A DNA stretch of 64,000 nucleotides from Prochlorococcus sp. AG-355-B18 (GTDB lineage Bacteria; Cyanobacteriota; Cyanobacteriia; PCC-6307; Cyanobiaceae), in the NCBI GenBank assembly GCA_003280965.1, contig QCDI01000004.1, forward strand, positions 32,001-96,000, in the 5' to 3' direction. A program made the translations under genes and the position numbers. The notes below the pieces were generated by a model. The model was given only the letters and a program-made list of their open reading frames with translations. It had not been told where the DNA came from and did not search any database. Shown piece by piece: positions 11,201-32,587 of the stretch. Position 1 is the first letter of the stretch. Every line of letters starts with the position of its first letter.

Positions 11201-11609
11201 TTGCTTGAGATTGTGGACTATTAATATTGGGTTTATTGGGTTTTATAGATTGATTTGAAATTTTTTTAAGACTCTCGGGCTTATTAAGAGGTTTTATCAA
11301 TAATGGCTTTTTGTTTGAATTATCTTTAATTGGATCACCTTTTATAGAGGAAATAATCGGAGATTTATCTTTTTTGTTTTGTTTGTGATTATCTTTTTTA
11401 ATTGAAGGCTTATTTATTGAAAGTATTTTTTTATCTGTATTTTTTTTATTAATAAGATTTGTTATTTTTTTTGCTTCTTCTGTACTTAAAGAGCTGCTAT
11501 GGCTTTTTACTGAAATTGAAAGTTTTTGAGCTGCATCCAATATATCTTTGTTTTCCAGATTTAAGTCTCTGGAAAGTTCATAAATTCTGATTTTATCGCT
11601 GATAGTCAT
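8241..11609 (-). CDS. infB: translation initiation factor IF-2
   Basis: [24 protein letters not shown] and NKID G-motifs; long low-complexity N-terminal region. Confidence 0.98.
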   Translation of the reverse strand: MTISDKIRIYELSRDLNLENKDILDAAQKLSISVKSHSSSLSTEEAKKITNLINKKNTDKKILSINKPSIKKDNHKQNKKDKSPIISSIKGDPIKDNSNKKPLLIKPLNKPESLKKISNQSIKPNKPNINSPQSQANLKKQNINTNPLQNINQDKKTSLISATPPIKSPAKPPIQLIAKPKNINNNVKSNESSRKIYDSGNKRTLSNKPDKNTNKPKLKNNNRPNTPELVGAPIRREDSLKQNNKQNISFNQTPSNRSGSSNRPGMPNRPGLRNKPSDQGRPGSFNRQGNPNRPGSPNRPSMPNNRPGLRNKPSDQGRPGSFNRQGNPNRTGSPNRPGMPNNRPSSKFNGQNSSGIRKPVSPNELLQLQKNSNSEKDNLGKNNNAIQNIDAPKQKVKAPNSRPNATPSSKKPPHRAFSNSSKKPGKTDWDDSAKLEALRSKNPQKQRQKVHIIGENDDSLTSETSGYSGEKISILSASLARPKKEKSEETKSQKSIKQFKKKKKETTRQRQKRRAMELKAAKEAKQVRPEMIIVPEDNLTVQELADKLSLESSEIIKSLFFKGITATVTQSLDLATIETVAEEFGVPVLQDDIQEAAEKTVDMIESDDIDNLIRRPPVITVMGHVDHGKTSLLDSIRESRVASGEAGGITQHIGAYQVEFEHESQKKKLTFLDTPGHEAFTAMRARGTKVTDVAVLVVAADDGCRPQTLEAISHARAAKVPIVVAINKIDKEGASPERVKQELSEKDLIAEDWGGDTVMVPVSAIKKQNIEKLLEMILLVSEVEDLQANPDRFAKGTVIEAHLDKAKGPVATLLVQNGTLKSGDVLAAGSVLGKIRAMVDEHGNRIKEAGPSFPVEALGFSEVPTAGDEFEVYPDEKTGRAIVGDRATDARATKLAQQMASRRVSLSSLSTQANDGELKELNLILKADVQGSVEAILGSLEQLPKNEVQVRVLLSAPGEITETDIDLAAASGSVIIGFNTSLASGAKRAADANDVDIREYEVIYKLLEDIQLAMEGLLEPDLVEESLGKAEVRATFAVGKGAIAGCYIQTGKLQRNCSLRVIRSDKVIFEGNLDSLKRSKDDVKEVNTGFECGVGCDKFSSWNEGDIIEAFKFVTQKRTLTK
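10578..10808. repeat. 111-bp in-frame tandem duplication inside infB
   Basis: 10578-10688 and 10689-10799 match with 3 mismatches by eye; a partial third copy starts at 10800. Confidence 0.9.
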
Positions 11610-11651
11610 TTAATCTGATTTGTACTCTTTTTAAAAAAGAATTTATTTTAA

Positions 11652-11933
11652 TTATATTCCTTTATTGGGATGGTCATTGTAGCTTGTAATTTCTTTTTCA
11701 AAAATTTCAATAAATTCAGGTTCTAAAAATGTTTTTAAAGCTTTTTGAAGCTTTTTTTTGATCTTGGAATCTGAGTAACATTTTGTAGACTTGCAAATGT
11801 AAGCTGATCTCCCCATTCCCTTTTGAAACATAATGCCTTCCTTATGATCTTTGGTAATCTTTAAAAGATCTTTTCTGTCATATGTTTTTCTACATGAAAT
11901 GCATACACGCATAACAGGGACTTGTTGTATCAC
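11652..11933 (-). CDS. ylxR: YlxR (DUF448) family RNA-binding protein
   Basis: R.CISCR and GRSAYIC motifs; canonical position between nusA and infB. Confidence 0.88.
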   Translation of the reverse strand: MIQQVPVMRVCISCRKTYDRKDLLKITKDHKEGIMFQKGMGRSAYICKSTKCYSDSKIKKKLQKALKTFLEPEFIEIFEKEITSYNDHPNKGI

Positions 11934-13333
11934 CGTTTTTTATCCTCTTTGGCAGATATCTCAGTATCTTGAACACTCTCTAATGGATCATTATCTGTTA
12001 ATTCTTCTCCTTCGTATTGTTCCTCTCCATATTCTTCTTCATCTTCGGGAAGGGGATAAAGCTCTCTTAATCTTGCATCTTCTGCCGCACGCTCAGCTTG
12101 TTCTGCTTCTAATCTTAGTTCAGCTTCTCTCTGGAGATTTTCTTCTTCTTCCCTTTGAATGATTAATTCAGAGACTGCGGCATCTTCTGCTTCCTGATCG
12201 TATTCATGTGAGTTTTTAACGTCAATCTTCCAACCAGTTAATCTTGCGGCAAGTCTTACATTTTGACCTTCTCTACCAATTGCGAGACTTAATTGATCAG
12301 GTGGAACTAGTACATGCGCATGTTGCCCTGCTTGATCTACAAGTCTTACTTGATCGACTTTCGCAGGACTTAAAGAGTTTAAAATATACTGGATTGGATT
12401 AGATGACCATTTAATAACATCAATTTTTTCTCCTCTTAATTCATTTACTACTTGTTGAATTCTTGCTCCTCTAGCTCCAATACAGGCACCTACAGGGTCC
12501 ACTTCTTCTTCGACACTATCAACAGCTACTTTTGTTCTTGGCCCAACAGCTCTTGAAGGAGGGTTGGCTTCTCTTGAAACAGCAACAATTTTTACTGTGC
12601 CTTCTTGAATTTCCGGGACTTCATTTTCAAATAAATAAACCACTAAACCAGCATTTGCTCTACTTACAAAAAGTTGCGGCCCTTTTCTTGCAATTTCGCT
12701 AACTTCCTTCAAAAATACTTTGAAAGTTGCATTTGCTCTATAGTTATCATTTGGTAATTGATCTCTCTTGGGAAGTTCGGCCTCTACTTCAGGTCTACCA
12801 ATACCCGAACTAACTCCCATAATTACTGATTGTCTTTCAAATCTAATAACTCTTGCAGTTAAAACAGGATCTTCCAAATCTGCAAATTCTTCTTGGATCA
12901 TTTTTCGTTGTTGATCTCTTAATTTTTGGGCTAAAACTTGCTTTGTTGTTGAAGCAGCCATTCGCCCAAAATCCTCTTTTTCTGGAGTAACGTCTAAAAC
13001 AACTGTGTCGCCTATTTGCGCATCATCAGCTACTTGTTTAACTTCTACAAGAGATATTTGATGATCTTCGCTCTCAACTTCTTCAACAATTATTTTACTC
13101 GATAGTATCCTATAACCTTCTTCATCTAGATCTAGTCCAACATCAAAATTACTGAAATATTCTTCATCAAATGGATCTTGGTTAACTCCAATGTAAAAAG
13201 TTTTTCTATATTTTTCGTATCCTTTTAATAAAGCTTCGCGTAAGGCTAATTCCACGATATTAGGAGGTAACTTTTTTTCCTCGCTAATGTCTTCAATGAG
13301 ATTGTTTAAACCTGGGAGAATAACTAATGCCAT
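11930..13333 (-). CDS. nusA: transcription termination/antitermination factor NusA
   Basis: FGRMAA, S1 and KH domains, DPVGACIG and LAIGREGQNVRLAARLTGWKID. Confidence 0.98.
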   Translation of the reverse strand: MALVILPGLNNLIEDISEEKKLPPNIVELALREALLKGYEKYRKTFYIGVNQDPFDEEYFSNFDVGLDLDEEGYRILSSKIIVEEVESEDHQISLVEVKQVADDAQIGDTVVLDVTPEKEDFGRMAASTTKQVLAQKLRDQQRKMIQEEFADLEDPVLTARVIRFERQSVIMGVSSGIGRPEVEAELPKRDQLPNDNYRANATFKVFLKEVSEIARKGPQLFVSRANAGLVVYLFENEVPEIQEGTVKIVAVSREANPPSRAVGPRTKVAVDSVEEEVDPVGACIGARGARIQQVVNELRGEKIDVIKWSSNPIQYILNSLSPAKVDQVRLVDQAGQHAHVLVPPDQLSLAIGREGQNVRLAARLTGWKIDVKNSHEYDQEAEDAAVSELIIQREEEENLQREAELRLEAEQAERAAEDARLRELYPLPEDEEEYGEEQYEGEELTDNDPLESVQDTEISAKEDKKR

Positions 13334-13367
13334 CTATGATGGGGATTTGAATAATGGTTGAAAATAA

Positions 13368-13835
13368 TTAATCTTTTAATGTACTAAGACTAATTTTTAG
13401 TACTTCATTAAAAGGGATTTTTTTAATCTTACCTTTTATGTTAATGGCTAAATAATCTTTAGACTTTTCATAAAGTAAACCATTCAGAAATTTTATTTTT
13501 GAATTCTTTTGGTTTAACTCAACATTAACTGGAAAACCTTTAAAAGTTTTGAAGTCTCTTTCTGAGGTTAGTTCATCACTGACCCCTTGACTACTAATTT
13601 CTAAGACATATGAACAATTTAAAAGATTTGATTTTTCTATTTCGTCAGATGCTGGGCTATTAAATAGCGCACAATCATCTAAGGAAATGTCATCCCCATC
13701 AGTTTTTCTTATAGTTATTTCAATAACAATTGGATTTTGATTAGTTTGTATATTTAAACCACAGATTTCTAAATCCCGCTCATTAGCAACTTTTTCTAAT
13801 AAAGCTTCTAGTTTACTTTTGTTTTCTTTATTCAA
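13368..13835 (-). CDS. rimP: ribosome maturation factor RimP
   Basis: ISLDDCA and YVLEISSQG motifs; lies upstream of nusA. Confidence 0.92.
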   Translation of the reverse strand: MNKENKSKLEALLEKVANERDLEICGLNIQTNQNPIVIEITIRKTDGDDISLDDCALFNSPASDEIEKSNLLNCSYVLEISSQGVSDELTSERDFKTFKGFPVNVELNQKNSKIKFLNGLLYEKSKDYLAINIKGKIKKIPFNEVLKISLSTLKD

Positions 13836-13970
13836 ATTTATTTTTAAATTTATTTAAAATTTATTTTCACATATTAAGAAGTTTTTTCTATAGAAAAATT
13901 TAAAAATTTGCATTTTATGGATGTTAACAAAAAAACAACAATAATCTCTTTCTTCAATTAGATTTATTAA

Positions 13971-15125
<1,155 letters not shown>

Positions 15126-15172
15126 AGCACCCATTGAAATTTAATAATCTATAACAATTAGAGAAAAAGATT

Positions 15173-15886
15173 TTGGATTCACAAACTCAAATGAAACAAG
15201 TAGTTGCTGATGCAGCAATAAAGGAAGTAAAGAGTGACATGATTCTTGGATTAGGTTCTGGATCTACAGCTGCGTTAATGATAAAAAGCCTTGCGGATGA
15301 AATGCGTTCTGGGAAACTCCAAAATATAAGAGGTGTTGCAACTTCTTTTCAATCAGAAGTTTTAGCGCTTGAACTGGATATCCCACTTATCGATTTAGCT
15401 TCTGTATCTCAAATTGATCTTGCTATTGATGGAGCAGATGAAGTTGACCCAGGATTTCAATTAATAAAAGGAGGAGGAGCATGCCATGTTAGAGAAAAGT
15501 TAGTGGCATCTAAAGCTAATCAGTTGTTGATTGTTGTTGATGAAACTAAACTCGTACAAAATCTAAATCAATCTTTCCCTTTACCTGTAGAAGTTCTTCC
15601 AAATGCTTGGAAGCAAGTTCAGGAAGTCATTTCAGAAATGAATGGAAATTCTTCTTTAAGAATGGCTATTAAAAAAGCTGGCCCAGTTGTTACTGACCAA
15701 GGTAACCTCATCCTAGATGTATTATTTGATGATGGTATTAAGAATCCAAAAGACATTGAAATGAAGATTAATAATATTCCAGGAGTATTAGAAAATGGAT
15801 TATTCGTTGATCTTACAGACAAAGTTTTAGTTGGTAAAATTGAAGATAACATTCCGATGGTTTACTCACCCTCAAGAGCTAGCTAG
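15173..15886 (+). CDS. rpiA: ribose-5-phosphate isomerase A
   Basis: [20 protein letters not shown] and REK motifs. The start could be the ATG at 15191. Confidence 0.96.
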   Translation: MDSQTQMKQVVADAAIKEVKSDMILGLGSGSTAALMIKSLADEMRSGKLQNIRGVATSFQSEVLALELDIPLIDLASVSQIDLAIDGADEVDPGFQLIKGGGACHVREKLVASKANQLLIVVDETKLVQNLNQSFPLPVEVLPNAWKQVQEVISEMNGNSSLRMAIKKAGPVVTDQGNLILDVLFDDGIKNPKDIEMKINNIPGVLENGLFVDLTDKVLVGKIEDNIPMVYSPSRAS

Positions 15887-17169
15887 TCTTCAAATCTTAT
15901 TTCTACAGAGTTAGCGTGGCTATGTAATCCTTCACTTTTAGCAAGATTGATAATATCAAGGCTATTAATTTTTAAACTTTCTTCATTAAATTCTATTATT
16001 GAAGTATTTTTCATAAAAGTTTCAACCCCTAAAGAACCGCTAAATCTAGAATTTCCTGATGTGGGTAAAGTATGATTTGGTCCGGCAAGATAATCTCCAA
16101 CAGCTTCTGGCGTCCATTTTCCTAAAAATATCGCTCCTGCATTCTCTATACTTTCAAGAATTTTTTTTGAATCTATGGTAAGTATTTCTAGGTGTTCAGG
16201 GGCAAAGTTATTGCTTAGTTCAACACAGGATTCGTAATTCTCGCAAATCACAATTAACCCCCAATTTTTTATTGATTGCATGCAAATTTCTTTTCTTGGA
16301 TGATCATCTATTTTTTTATAAAGTTCTTCCAAAACTTCTTTTGCCTGGTTTTTTGATGTAGTTAAAAGTATTGATGAAGCTAAAGGATCATGTTCTGCTT
16401 GCGCTAGTAGATCAGATGCTATATGAGTGCTCTGAGCTGTTTCATCTGCAATGATTAATATTTCACTTGGACCAGCTAAAGAATCAATCCCTGTAGAGCC
16501 ATAAATGAGTTTTTTCGCAGTCGTAACATATATATTCCCTGGACCTGAAATGACATCAACTTTATTGATTTGACTTGTGCCAAATGCTAAAGCACCAATT
16601 GCTTGAGCTCCTCCAATTCTAAATACTTTATTGATCCCTGATAAGTAAGCTGCAGCTAAAACAGTTTTATTTATTTCCCCTTCTTTATTTCCAGGAGATA
16701 CCATTATAATTTCTTCTACTCCTGCTACTTTTGCAGGTATGGCATTCATCAATACTGTACTTGGATAAGCAGCTCTACCTCCAGGGATATAAATACCTGC
16801 ATTTTTAACTGGTCTCCATCTTCTTTGGACGATATCACCATATTCACCTTTTATGGTGAAAGATTGAGGAATTTCTTTTTCATGGAATTTTTGAATTCTT
16901 TCATGAGCTACCACAAGTGAGCGCTTCAAATTGTTATCGATTTCATCCCATGCATCTTTTAAATCATTTGCGCTAACTTGCATAGGGTTAGGGTCGAAAC
17001 CATCAAATTTTTTTGTATATTTTTCTACCGCTATATCTCCAGAAATTTTTACCTCTTGGATAATTTCTTCAACAATTCTCTTTATCTTATTATTGTTTTC
17101 TGAATTAGTTCGAGTAGAAATCCTTTTTAATTCTTCAATTGCTTCTTTTTTTTTATTTATGATCTTCAT
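15883..17169 (-). CDS. hisD: histidinol dehydrogenase
   Basis: GIYIPGG, GGAQAI, GPGNIYV, AGPSE, QAEH, APEHL and GPNHTLPT motifs. Confidence 0.97.
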   Translation of the reverse strand: MKIINKKKEAIEELKRISTRTNSENNNKIKRIVEEIIQEVKISGDIAVEKYTKKFDGFDPNPMQVSANDLKDAWDEIDNNLKRSLVVAHERIQKFHEKEIPQSFTIKGEYGDIVQRRWRPVKNAGIYIPGGRAAYPSTVLMNAIPAKVAGVEEIIMVSPGNKEGEINKTVLAAAYLSGINKVFRIGGAQAIGALAFGTSQINKVDVISGPGNIYVTTAKKLIYGSTGIDSLAGPSEILIIADETAQSTHIASDLLAQAEHDPLASSILLTTSKNQAKEVLEELYKKIDDHPRKEICMQSIKNWGLIVICENYESCVELSNNFAPEHLEILTIDSKKILESIENAGAIFLGKWTPEAVGDYLAGPNHTLPTSGNSRFSGSLGVETFMKNTSIIEFNEESLKINSLDIINLAKSEGLHSHANSVEIRFED

Positions 17170-17232
17170 TTGCTTAATTTTTCAAATAGAAAGGCACAAA
17201 ACCCAATTTAATATCTTCTAAATTATATATGA

Positions 17233-17262
17233 TTGATTAGTAGTCGATGTATTTGTTATGAT
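17233..17262 (+). promoter_or_regulatory. predicted sigma70-type promoter of rpsT
   Basis: TTGATT (17233-17238), 18-nt spacer, TG-T-TATGAT (17254-17262), 26 nt before the GTG start. Confidence 0.45.
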
Positions 17263-17288
17263 GAGGATCTTCTATTAATGAACCCTCT

Positions 17289-17582
17289 GTGGCCAACAAC
17301 AAATCAGCAAAAAAGAGAATACAAATTGCCGAAAGAAATCGTTTAATCAATAAATCTTACAAATCTACAGTAAGAACTTTGACAAAGAAAACTTTAGAAA
17401 ATTGTGAAAAATATAAAAAGGATCCTAATGAGGATAATAAAATTTTAGTGACAACAAGTCTTAATAAAGCTTTTAGTTTAATCGATAAAGCAGTTAAAAA
17501 AAATGTACTTCACAAGAATACAGGGGCTAATAAAAAATCAAAAATCAACAATTTTGTAAAAAATTCTCTCACCACTAAGTAA
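17289..17582 (+). CDS. rpsT: 30S ribosomal protein S20
   Basis: ANNKSAKKRI N-terminus and IDKAVKKNVLHKN. Confidence 0.97.
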   Translation: MANNKSAKKRIQIAERNRLINKSYKSTVRTLTKKTLENCEKYKKDPNEDNKILVTTSLNKAFSLIDKAVKKNVLHKNTGANKKSKINNFVKNSLTTK

Positions 17583-17600
17583 AAAAGACAGATCATAATT

Positions 17601-18389
17601 ATGAGCGATATTGAACTCATAGACTCACACTGTCATTTAATATTTGAAAATTTTGAGAAAGATCTAGAAGACGTTGTTCTAAGATTGCGTTCAAGAGGTG
17701 TAAAAAAATTAGTTCATGCTTGTTGTGAATTATCAGAAATTCCTAAGTTAAAAAAATTATCCCATGAATTTAGTGAAATTTATTATTCAGTGGGTTTGCA
17801 TCCGCTAGAAGCAAATAAATGGGACCAAAGTTCTAAATCTCTTTTAAGAAGATCAGCTCAAGAAGATAGAAGAGTAGTTGCTATCGGGGAATTAGGCTTG
17901 GATTTTTTTAAAAGTGAAAATAAGACTCAGCAAATTGATGCTCTCATTCCCCAAATGGAGTTAGCTAGCGAACTTGAATTACCTGTAATTATCCATTGCA
18001 GAGATGCTGCTAATGAAATGATCGAAATATGTGATGATCTTTCTAAAAAAGGTAAATGCCCTAAAGGTGTTCTTCATTGTTGGACAGGAACCCCAACAGA
18101 AATGATGGAGTTCTTAGATCTTGGTTTTTATATCAGTTTTAGTGGAATAGTGACTTTCCCAAAAGCACAAGAAATTCATGAGTGCGCCAAACTTGTCCCT
18201 AGTGATAAATATTTAATTGAAACTGACGCACCATTTTTAGCCCCAGTACCGCATAGGGGAAAAAGAAATGAACCTTCATTTGTCGAAAATGTAGCTAATT
18301 TTATGGCACAATTAAGATCTACGGAATTAATTACAATTGCGAAAGAGTCATCTAAGAATGCTGAAGATTTGTTTAAATTTGACTTGTAA
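17601..18389 (+). CDS. tatD: TatD family hydrolase/DNase
   Basis: IDSHCH, GLHP, IGELGLD, IIHCRDA, LHC and ETDAPFLAP motifs. Confidence 0.93.
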   Translation: MSDIELIDSHCHLIFENFEKDLEDVVLRLRSRGVKKLVHACCELSEIPKLKKLSHEFSEIYYSVGLHPLEANKWDQSSKSLLRRSAQEDRRVVAIGELGLDFFKSENKTQQIDALIPQMELASELELPVIIHCRDAANEMIEICDDLSKKGKCPKGVLHCWTGTPTEMMEFLDLGFYISFSGIVTFPKAQEIHECAKLVPSDKYLIETDAPFLAPVPHRGKRNEPSFVENVANFMAQLRSTELITIAKESSKNAEDLFKFDL

Positions 18390-18413
18390 TTTTAACACTA
18401 GAGCTGCTAATAT
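18384..18413 (+). promoter_or_regulatory. predicted rpoB promoter
   Basis: TTGTAA (18384-18389), 18-nt spacer, TG-C-TAATAT (18405-18413); implies a leader of roughly 215 nt. Confidence 0.35.
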
Positions 18414-18633
18414 AAGGAATTACTGGAATTTTTCTTAAATTTTTTGTTTTAACTTTTTCTGTTAAGGGTTTTCAAACCAATTAGCACAATTTTAATAGCT
18501 TTTTTATTGAATTGAATTTTTGTTGAAATCGAGATCTTATCCTTGGTTTCGTGTAAAAATAAAAGTTAAACAGTTAATTTTTGAGTAAATTTAAAGTAAA
18601 TAGTAAATCTCACATAATCTCAGGTTTTCTTGG

Positions 18634-23870
<5,237 letters not shown>

Positions 23871-23877
23871 TCTTTAA

Positions 23878-28005
<4,128 letters not shown>

Positions 28006-28035
28006 ATATTATCTAATATTCTTTTTAGTTACTAG

Positions 28036-28212
<177 letters not shown>

Positions 28213-28229
28213 AACCAGTTTTGAAATAA

Positions 28230-29297
<1,068 letters not shown>

Positions 29298-29356
29298 GAG
29301 AAATTTTTTAAAAGTCTATTAAACAGGTTATTATTGTGTTAATTAATTTTGAATCT

Positions 29357-29482
29357 TTGGGTTTTATCAAGACTAAAATTCTTCCTTTCGCTATTGTCGC
29401 ACTTTTTGGGATTGCCTTTTTAGCAGTCAGTGCAAGAATTTGGTTGCCAGGAGATATGATGTCGCCAGCCCCTATGAATTAA
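29357..29482 (+). CDS. 41-aa single-pass membrane protein of unknown function
   Basis: Not in the ORF track. TTG start; MGFIKTKILPFAIVALFGIAFLAVSARIWLPGDMMSPAPMN. More GC-rich than its flanks and ends 18 nt before the HEAT-repeat gene. Confidence 0.7.
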   Translation: MGFIKTKILPFAIVALFGIAFLAVSARIWLPGDMMSPAPMN

Positions 29483-29500
29483 TATTTTTCGTTTTAGAAA

Positions 29501-30268
29501 ATGACAAAAAATAAGGATCCTAACAAAGAAAGCTTAGCTGAAATTGCAGTTGACCCAGATGTTTTGGCCAGAGAATTGGCTTTAGAGATTGAAATAGATC
29601 CTTTAGAGCAAATTGATGAAGATAATTTTTCAAAAGGTTTAAATACAACTCAAGAGTGCAATGCAGCTTTAAAAATGCTTGAAGGTAACAGAGAAGAAAG
29701 AATACAGGGCTTAAGAATATTTTGTGAATATAGAGATCAAAGATCTTTCCCTCTTTTATTACCATTACTTGATCAACCTTGTCCTGTTGAAAGAATGAGT
29801 GCTGTATATGCTTTAGGCCGTAATCCATGTCCCAGTGCGGTCCAGAAACTTGTCAGTCTTTTGGAGACTGATGATAATGCGTATGTCAGAAGAGCTACTG
29901 CATGGAGCTTAGCTAATTATGATAACCAAATTGTTTTGAAGCCATTAATAAATGCTTTAAAAAATGATGTAGCTGCTGTAAGGCTATGGTCATCTAGTTC
30001 TTTAGCTGAAATTGGAAATGTTTCTTCCAAAAACGCTGAATTAGCAGCAGAACAGCTTTTAATAAGTTTAAAAATAGATAATGAATCAGGTGTCAGAAGT
30101 AATTGTATTTGGTCATTGTGTAGGTTGTTTGAAAAATTAGATAATACATTTCAAGAATGTTTCGTTGATGAATGTACCAAAATAGCTCTTTTCGATAAAG
30201 AGCCATCCGTTATGGAAGAGGCAAAAACCGCTCTAGATTCGATGGGGATGCAAGGTTTTTATAATTAA
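29501..30268 (+). CDS. HEAT-repeat (PBS lyase-like) protein
   Basis: Repeated 'D....VR..A.W.L' units (ERMSAVYALG, VRRATAWSLA, VRLWSSSSLA, VRSNCIWSL). Confidence 0.88.
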   Translation: MTKNKDPNKESLAEIAVDPDVLARELALEIEIDPLEQIDEDNFSKGLNTTQECNAALKMLEGNREERIQGLRIFCEYRDQRSFPLLLPLLDQPCPVERMSAVYALGRNPCPSAVQKLVSLLETDDNAYVRRATAWSLANYDNQIVLKPLINALKNDVAAVRLWSSSSLAEIGNVSSKNAELAAEQLLISLKIDNESGVRSNCIWSLCRLFEKLDNTFQECFVDECTKIALFDKEPSVMEEAKTALDSMGMQGFYN

Positions 30269-30417
30269 GTAGCTTTAATTTTTTTTTAGGAAGCTATTGA
30301 AAAAATTTATTTATCAGATATTCAATATAAAAATTAAAATTAATTAACTTGTACCAACTGAAACAAAAAATTTTCGTTATTCTATATAAAGTAAAAAGTA
30401 CTTGGTACTTGAATTTA

Positions 30418-30633
30418 ATGCCTCAAAAAACATTGAGATTCAAAATTCATCAAGACGGTAGAGTTGAAGAGACTGTTGAGGGATTTACAGGTGATTCTTG
30501 TAATGAAGCTACAAAAAATCTCGAAGATGCTCTTGGTAAAGTAACAGTCAAGGCTAAAACATCTGATGCCTTCATCTCTAATCAAAATGAAAACTTAAAA
30601 CATTTTAACAAAGAATCTAATGTCACATTTTAG
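30418..30633 (+). CDS. DUF2997-family protein
   Basis: MPQKTLRFKIHQDGRVEETVEGFTGDSC.EAT..LE.ALG pattern. The ATG at 30418 is preferred over the ORF-track start at 30349. Confidence 0.82.
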   Translation: MPQKTLRFKIHQDGRVEETVEGFTGDSCNEATKNLEDALGKVTVKAKTSDAFISNQNENLKHFNKESNVTF

Positions 30634-31012
30634 TACTATTAAAACGCAGCTTAAAGAAGCAGAGCCATTAATTAAGGCTTTAGATAATCTAGGTTATATC
30701 ATTAATCAAGAAGAAAAGTTCGTTAAAGGCTATAGAGGTAAGTTTACAGCTGTTGATATAAGCATGAATTTACCTGGTGATACTGAAGTTGGATTTAAAT
30801 GGGACAATAATTCAAGTACTTATGAATTAGTGACAGATCTTGATTTATGGAAATTTGAGCTTCCGGTAGAAAGATTTATTTCTAAAGTTACTCAAATGTA
30901 TGCTTATCAAACAATTATTTCTAAAACAAAAGAGGATGGTTACCAAATAGTAGAACAAAAAAACCAAAATGACGGCTCAATCGAATTGGTCTTAACCAAG
31001 TGGGATAATTAA
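30620..31012 (+). CDS. ycf35: DUF1257 / Ycf35-family protein
   Basis: MSHFSTIKT N-terminus, GF.W....YELV.DL..W, Q.YAY and C-terminal DGSIELVL..W. Confidence 0.85.
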   Translation: MSHFSTIKTQLKEAEPLIKALDNLGYIINQEEKFVKGYRGKFTAVDISMNLPGDTEVGFKWDNNSSTYELVTDLDLWKFELPVERFISKVTQMYAYQTIISKTKEDGYQIVEQKNQNDGSIELVLTKWDN

Positions 31013-31021
31013 TGTCGAATT

Positions 31022-31381
31022 ATGGATTTTACCGATCCATTTGATAATTTAGAAAAAAATATAGAAATTACAGGCTGGGAGCCTGTACTGGGAGGTCAAT
31101 TAGCTGAAAAAGCTGTATGGGTTGATGAAGCTAAATGTATTGGTTGTCAATACTGTGTACACGTTGCTTCAAATACTTTTTTAGTTGATGAGTTTCATGG
31201 CAGAAGCCGAGCAATAAGACAAGATGGAGATAGTGTTGATTTAATACAAGAAGCGATAGATACATGCCCTGTTGATTGTATTCACTGGGTCAAGTTTGAA
31301 GAATTGGATGATTTAGAGAATAGTCTTGATAGGGATATGTTTCAATCATTTGGAAAACCACCAAGAATGAATAAGCATTAA
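31022..31381 (+). CDS. single-cluster 4Fe-4S/3Fe-4S ferredoxin
   Basis: VWVDEAKCIGCQYC...AIDTCPVDCIHW. Confidence 0.9.
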   Translation: MDFTDPFDNLEKNIEITGWEPVLGGQLAEKAVWVDEAKCIGCQYCVHVASNTFLVDEFHGRSRAIRQDGDSVDLIQEAIDTCPVDCIHWVKFEELDDLENSLDRDMFQSFGKPPRMNKH

Positions 31382-31391
31382 TTCCAAAAAG

Positions 31392-32585
31392 ATGCAATAT
31401 CGTAGGTTTGGCCGAACCAATCTTAAGATTCCTATTTTATCTTTGGGTGGTATGAGATTTCAAAAAAGTTGGGATCAATTAGATTTTTCTAAGATTTCAT
31501 ATCAAGAACAAAATAAAGTAGAAAATATATTAAATCTGGCAAACAAATATGGCTTAAATCATGTAGAAACAGCTAAGTACTATGGAACTTCTGAGGTGCA
31601 ATTAGGAATGGGTTTTAAAAATTCTAAAAATATCCCCAAAATAATTCAAACAAAGATTCCTCCAAACAGTGATCCAAAAATATTTGAGAGAGATGTTATG
31701 TCAAGTATTGAAAAATTGAAAGTTAAAAAAATTGATTTACTAGCAATACATGGCATTAACACAGTTGAACATTTACATCAGGCCATTAGAAATGGTGGTT
31801 GTATTGACATTTTGAGGAATTTGCAAAAAGCAAATCTAATTGGATCTATTGGATTTTCAACCCATGGAAAATCTTCGCTCATTGAGAAGGCTATTTCAAC
31901 AAACCTATTTGATTATGTAAATTTGCACTGGTATTACATTAATCAAGAAAATACAAAGGTTATAAATTTAGCAAAAAAGTATGATCTTGGGGTTTTTATA
32001 ATAAGCCCTACTGATAAAGGGGGACATCTTCATACTCCCTCAAACAAAATGTTGGAACTTTGTAGACCCCTTCATCCCATAGTTTTTAATGATCTTTTTT
32101 GCTTAAGAAATAAAAATGTCCATACTCTTAGTGTGGGTATTGCAAAAGAGGCAGATTTTAAATTGCATTTAGAAGCTGTTTCATTGTTATCAGAATCCGA
32201 GAAGTATATTCCAAAGATAATAAATAGATTAAGGCAGGAATCGATTAATGTTTTAGGCTTAGAGTGGTATCAAAATTGGGATAGAAATCTACCGAGTTGG
32301 GAATATACTCCTGGGAATATTAATATTCCAGTTTTGCTATGGCTTTCAAATTTAATAGATTGGTTGGATATGGAGGGGTTCGCAAGAGCTCGATATCAAC
32401 TGCTAGGAAATGGAAGTCATTGGTTCCCAGGATCTAACGCTAATTTACTCGATGTGGATGTTTCTGAAGGTCAATTATTGACAGTTTTAGAAGGCCATAT
32501 AAATCCAAAGAAAGTTATAAATAAATTAAGATTTTTAAAAGAAAAGTTTGGAGATAAAGTTGCCAAAAGATTATCAAAAAAATAA
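31392..32585 (+). CDS. aldo/keto reductase family oxidoreductase
   Basis: MQYRRFGRT, LSLGGMRF, ETA..YG.SE, IQTK and IGFSTHG. Confidence 0.9.
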   Translation: MQYRRFGRTNLKIPILSLGGMRFQKSWDQLDFSKISYQEQNKVENILNLANKYGLNHVETAKYYGTSEVQLGMGFKNSKNIPKIIQTKIPPNSDPKIFERDVMSSIEKLKVKKIDLLAIHGINTVEHLHQAIRNGGCIDILRNLQKANLIGSIGFSTHGKSSLIEKAISTNLFDYVNLHWYYINQENTKVINLAKKYDLGVFIISPTDKGGHLHTPSNKMLELCRPLHPIVFNDLFCLRNKNVHTLSVGIAKEADFKLHLEAVSLLSESEKYIPKIINRLRQESINVLGLEWYQNWDRNLPSWEYTPGNINIPVLLWLSNLIDWLDMEGFARARYQLLGNGSHWFPGSNANLLDVDVSEGQLLTVLEGHINPKKVINKLRFLKEKFGDKVAKRLSKK

Positions 32586-32587
32586 TT

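Noticed and set aside
30349..30417. N-terminal extension of the DUF2997 ORF from TTG 30349
   Set aside because: AT-rich promoter-like sequence; the family-like sequence begins at ATG 30418.
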